This document shows positions 48,531 to 50,629 of a DNA stretch of 50,629 bases, piece after piece; the first letter of the stretch is position 1; each line of letters begins with the position of its first letter. A program made the translations under genes and the position numbers. The notes under the pieces were generated by a model that was not told where the DNA came from, did no database searches, and saw only the letters and a list, made by a program, of their open reading frames with translations. The stretch is taken from the NCBI RefSeq assembly GCF_001194135.2, contig NC_068985.1, positions 25,159,548 through 25,210,176 on the forward strand. Reading direction: 5' to 3'. The stretch comes from Octopus bimaculoides. Lineage: Eukaryota.

Positions 48531-48976
48531 GGTAATCTTCCAGTTTAGGGAGGAAACAAAAGTAAATAAAAATACAAGGGAAATAACTTAACGTCTTACT
48601 AGTATTGTCCGTACTCTCCCCACCCCACCCGTTTGCGAGCGCACATTTTTTTTTTTCATATTCGTTCACAGCAAGTTGTTTTACATCTATTACACTAATT
48701 TTTTTTTTTTTTGAGCTCGGGTCAAACGCTTTAGTTTGACCGTTATTTCCCTATACTGGAAGATTGCCATAAGTTATTGTGCAGCCGGTACTATGATATT
48801 CAATCACGTGTGTGATTTATTTATAAACAGTTAACTTCAATCACGTGTGTGATTTATTTATAAACAGCTAAGAAAAAACACATTTCAGAGTAGTACGGAT
48901 AATACTAGTAAGACGTTAAGTTATTTCCCTTGTATTTTTATTTACTTTTTTTACCTCCCTAAGCTGGAAGATTACC
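48531..48976. mobile_element. Non-autonomous TIR element with about 85-bp TIRs and 9-bp TSD
   Basis: ggtaatcttccag...tccgtact versus agtacggat...ctggaagattacc; flanks gcccacccc and gccctcccc; internal about 33-bp direct repeat. Confidence 0.85.
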
Positions 48977-49099
48977 GCCCTCCCCCTCTCCACAAGAAAA
49001 AGTCTTTTGTAGCTGGTTTATCAATAAAGGGAGGTTACTTTGTAACAATTCCTGCAAAATAATTTTGACAGGCAGGTAAAAGTCGACTATGCCGAATTA

Positions 49100-50410
49100 G
49101 GTGAACCTTTTACCTGCCTATCTCAAAAGGGTTACTGATCAAGACATTTTCCTTTCTTAGGAACTTCACTGACATTAGTGATAGAGACATAGACATCATC
49201 ATGCATGCCAGGAAAATAGTTCTGTTTAATAAAGGCTTTACCTGAGTGGAACAATTCGACCCTGACGGCTACTTTGATGTGGTGATAGGAACCTATGTCA
49301 GCTCTGACCTTTGTGACCTCATTGGGCTATACATCCTGGACACCCTAGGGAAGAAATTCACTTCAGCTCTCTTTGAACTCTACAGAGATGACAATATGAC
49401 CATCTCAAGTGGAACCAATGGGCACACTCTTAACAGACTTAGGAAGAATCTGATTAACATCCTACACTCCATGAAACTCAAAATAACAATTGAGACCAAC
49501 CGCATCATCATGAACTTCCTAGGCATCTCACAAGACTTGGGTTCTGGTCCATGCAGGCTCTACCACAAACTAAATGAAAGGCTGTCCTACATCAACTACT
49601 ATGCCAGTAACAGCAACAGCAGTATCACTGTAACCATGTCCTGTAATAACAGCACTGACAGCAACAATAGCAGCCCCAACAACAGCAGTAGCAGCAACAC
49701 CAATATGAAACCCAGGGCCAATAGAAGAAACACCAGAGGCAGGAACACAACCAGCAATCAAGTTCAGAGATACATCGGTTCGGCCAGAACTGCCTTTAAG
49801 CAGTGCCTGTACAAGCATAGGTCCTCGTTTAGGATTCCAGAAAGGTGTTATGTCATGTCCTTGGTCAGCCACATATGGCGTCTTAAGGATGAAGGCACTC
49901 CATACGAAATTAAATGGAAGCTCATAGAGCAACCAGGATCCTATATAAGTGGGAGGGGATGATACAAGCTTTGTATAGTAGCATGGGCAAGGATCCTTAA
50001 AGACTTGCTTGACCAGAGGACATTCTTAAACTCCAGAAACGAGATCTATAGCCCTGTCTGCATTTTTGATGTTACCTCCTGCAGGCATGAGATTCCCTGT
50101 TCATCGATTAGAGTTGTAAAAAATACTTGCAGACCAGAACCAACCTAAGGGCAGACGTTCCCCGTGTGTCAATTAAAATCATAAGATTTTGCTGACCCAA
50201 CCAACCTAAGAATGACAGCCCATCCTGTTTAAGGCTCAGACAGTATAGAATATTCTTTTGTTTACAAATTAACTGACCATAACAATTTTCTCCTTCCAGT
50301 TTGATGAGAAGCTATATGCTCACAGCCATTGGAGTCTGATGAATCATCTATAAAGCTAAGTGGTTTATGAATGTGAAATCATTGGTCACTCTATGACTGG
50401 ACACAATTAA
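49100..50410 (+). mobile_element. Penelope-like retroelement remnant (RT + GIY-YIG endonuclease + 3' pseudo-LTR region)
   Basis: FYLPISKGLL...DIIMHARK, FDVVIGTYVSSDLCDLIGLYIL...LYRDD, then YIGSARTAFK...HRSSFR...LVSHIWRLKD...IKWKLI; stops present. Confidence 0.85.
50331..50392 (+). ncRNA. Degenerate type I hammerhead ribozyme motif in the PLE 3' region
   Basis: ggagt-CTGATGA-stem II-GAAA-tcattgg-TC-actct; stem I is ggagt/actct; a more decayed tandem copy lies at 50297-50339. Confidence 0.6.
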
Positions 50411-50629
50411 CTCCCTGTAGATGTGTTACTGCTCTAACTTTTAGAGTGTGCTTCTTTTTTGGGTATATGATCCTATCATCATCATCGTTTAACGTCCGCT
50501 TTCCATGCTAGCATGGGTTGGACGACTTGACTGAGGACTGGTGAAACCGGATGGCAACACCAGGCTCCAATCTAAATTTGGCAGAGTTTCTACAGCTGGA
50601 TGCCCTTATATATATATATATATATATAT

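Overview
AT-rich, repeat-dense eukaryotic genomic DNA with assembly gaps. The SINE, RTE-tail and microsatellite landscape looks like a cephalopod, probably Octopus (inference from repeat content, not verified). Two convergent multi-exon genes were reconstructed by hand from GT-AG sites with consistent codon phases. (1) Plus strand, 1078/2298-29857: a 5'-incomplete otoancorin/stereocilin/mesothelin-family protein (about 750 aa visible) with a KRRRRRRS furin-type site and a C-terminal GPI-type signal. (2) Minus strand, 31722-44069: a nucleolin-like protein (about 490 aa) with K/P-rich and acidic regions, TPAK repeats, two RRMs, an NLS and an acidic tail, but no visible RGG/GAR domain. Introns and the 3' flank hold tRNA-derived SINEs, RTE LINE fragments, TTAA-flanked MITEs, mariner remnants and three GG-ended inverted-repeat elements with 8-9 bp TSDs (one has a telomere-repeat palindrome at its centre). 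A Penelope-like remnant is followed by two degenerate tandem hammerhead-ribozyme motifs. Most entries in the supplied ORF track are artefacts of microsatellites, SINEs and N-runs.
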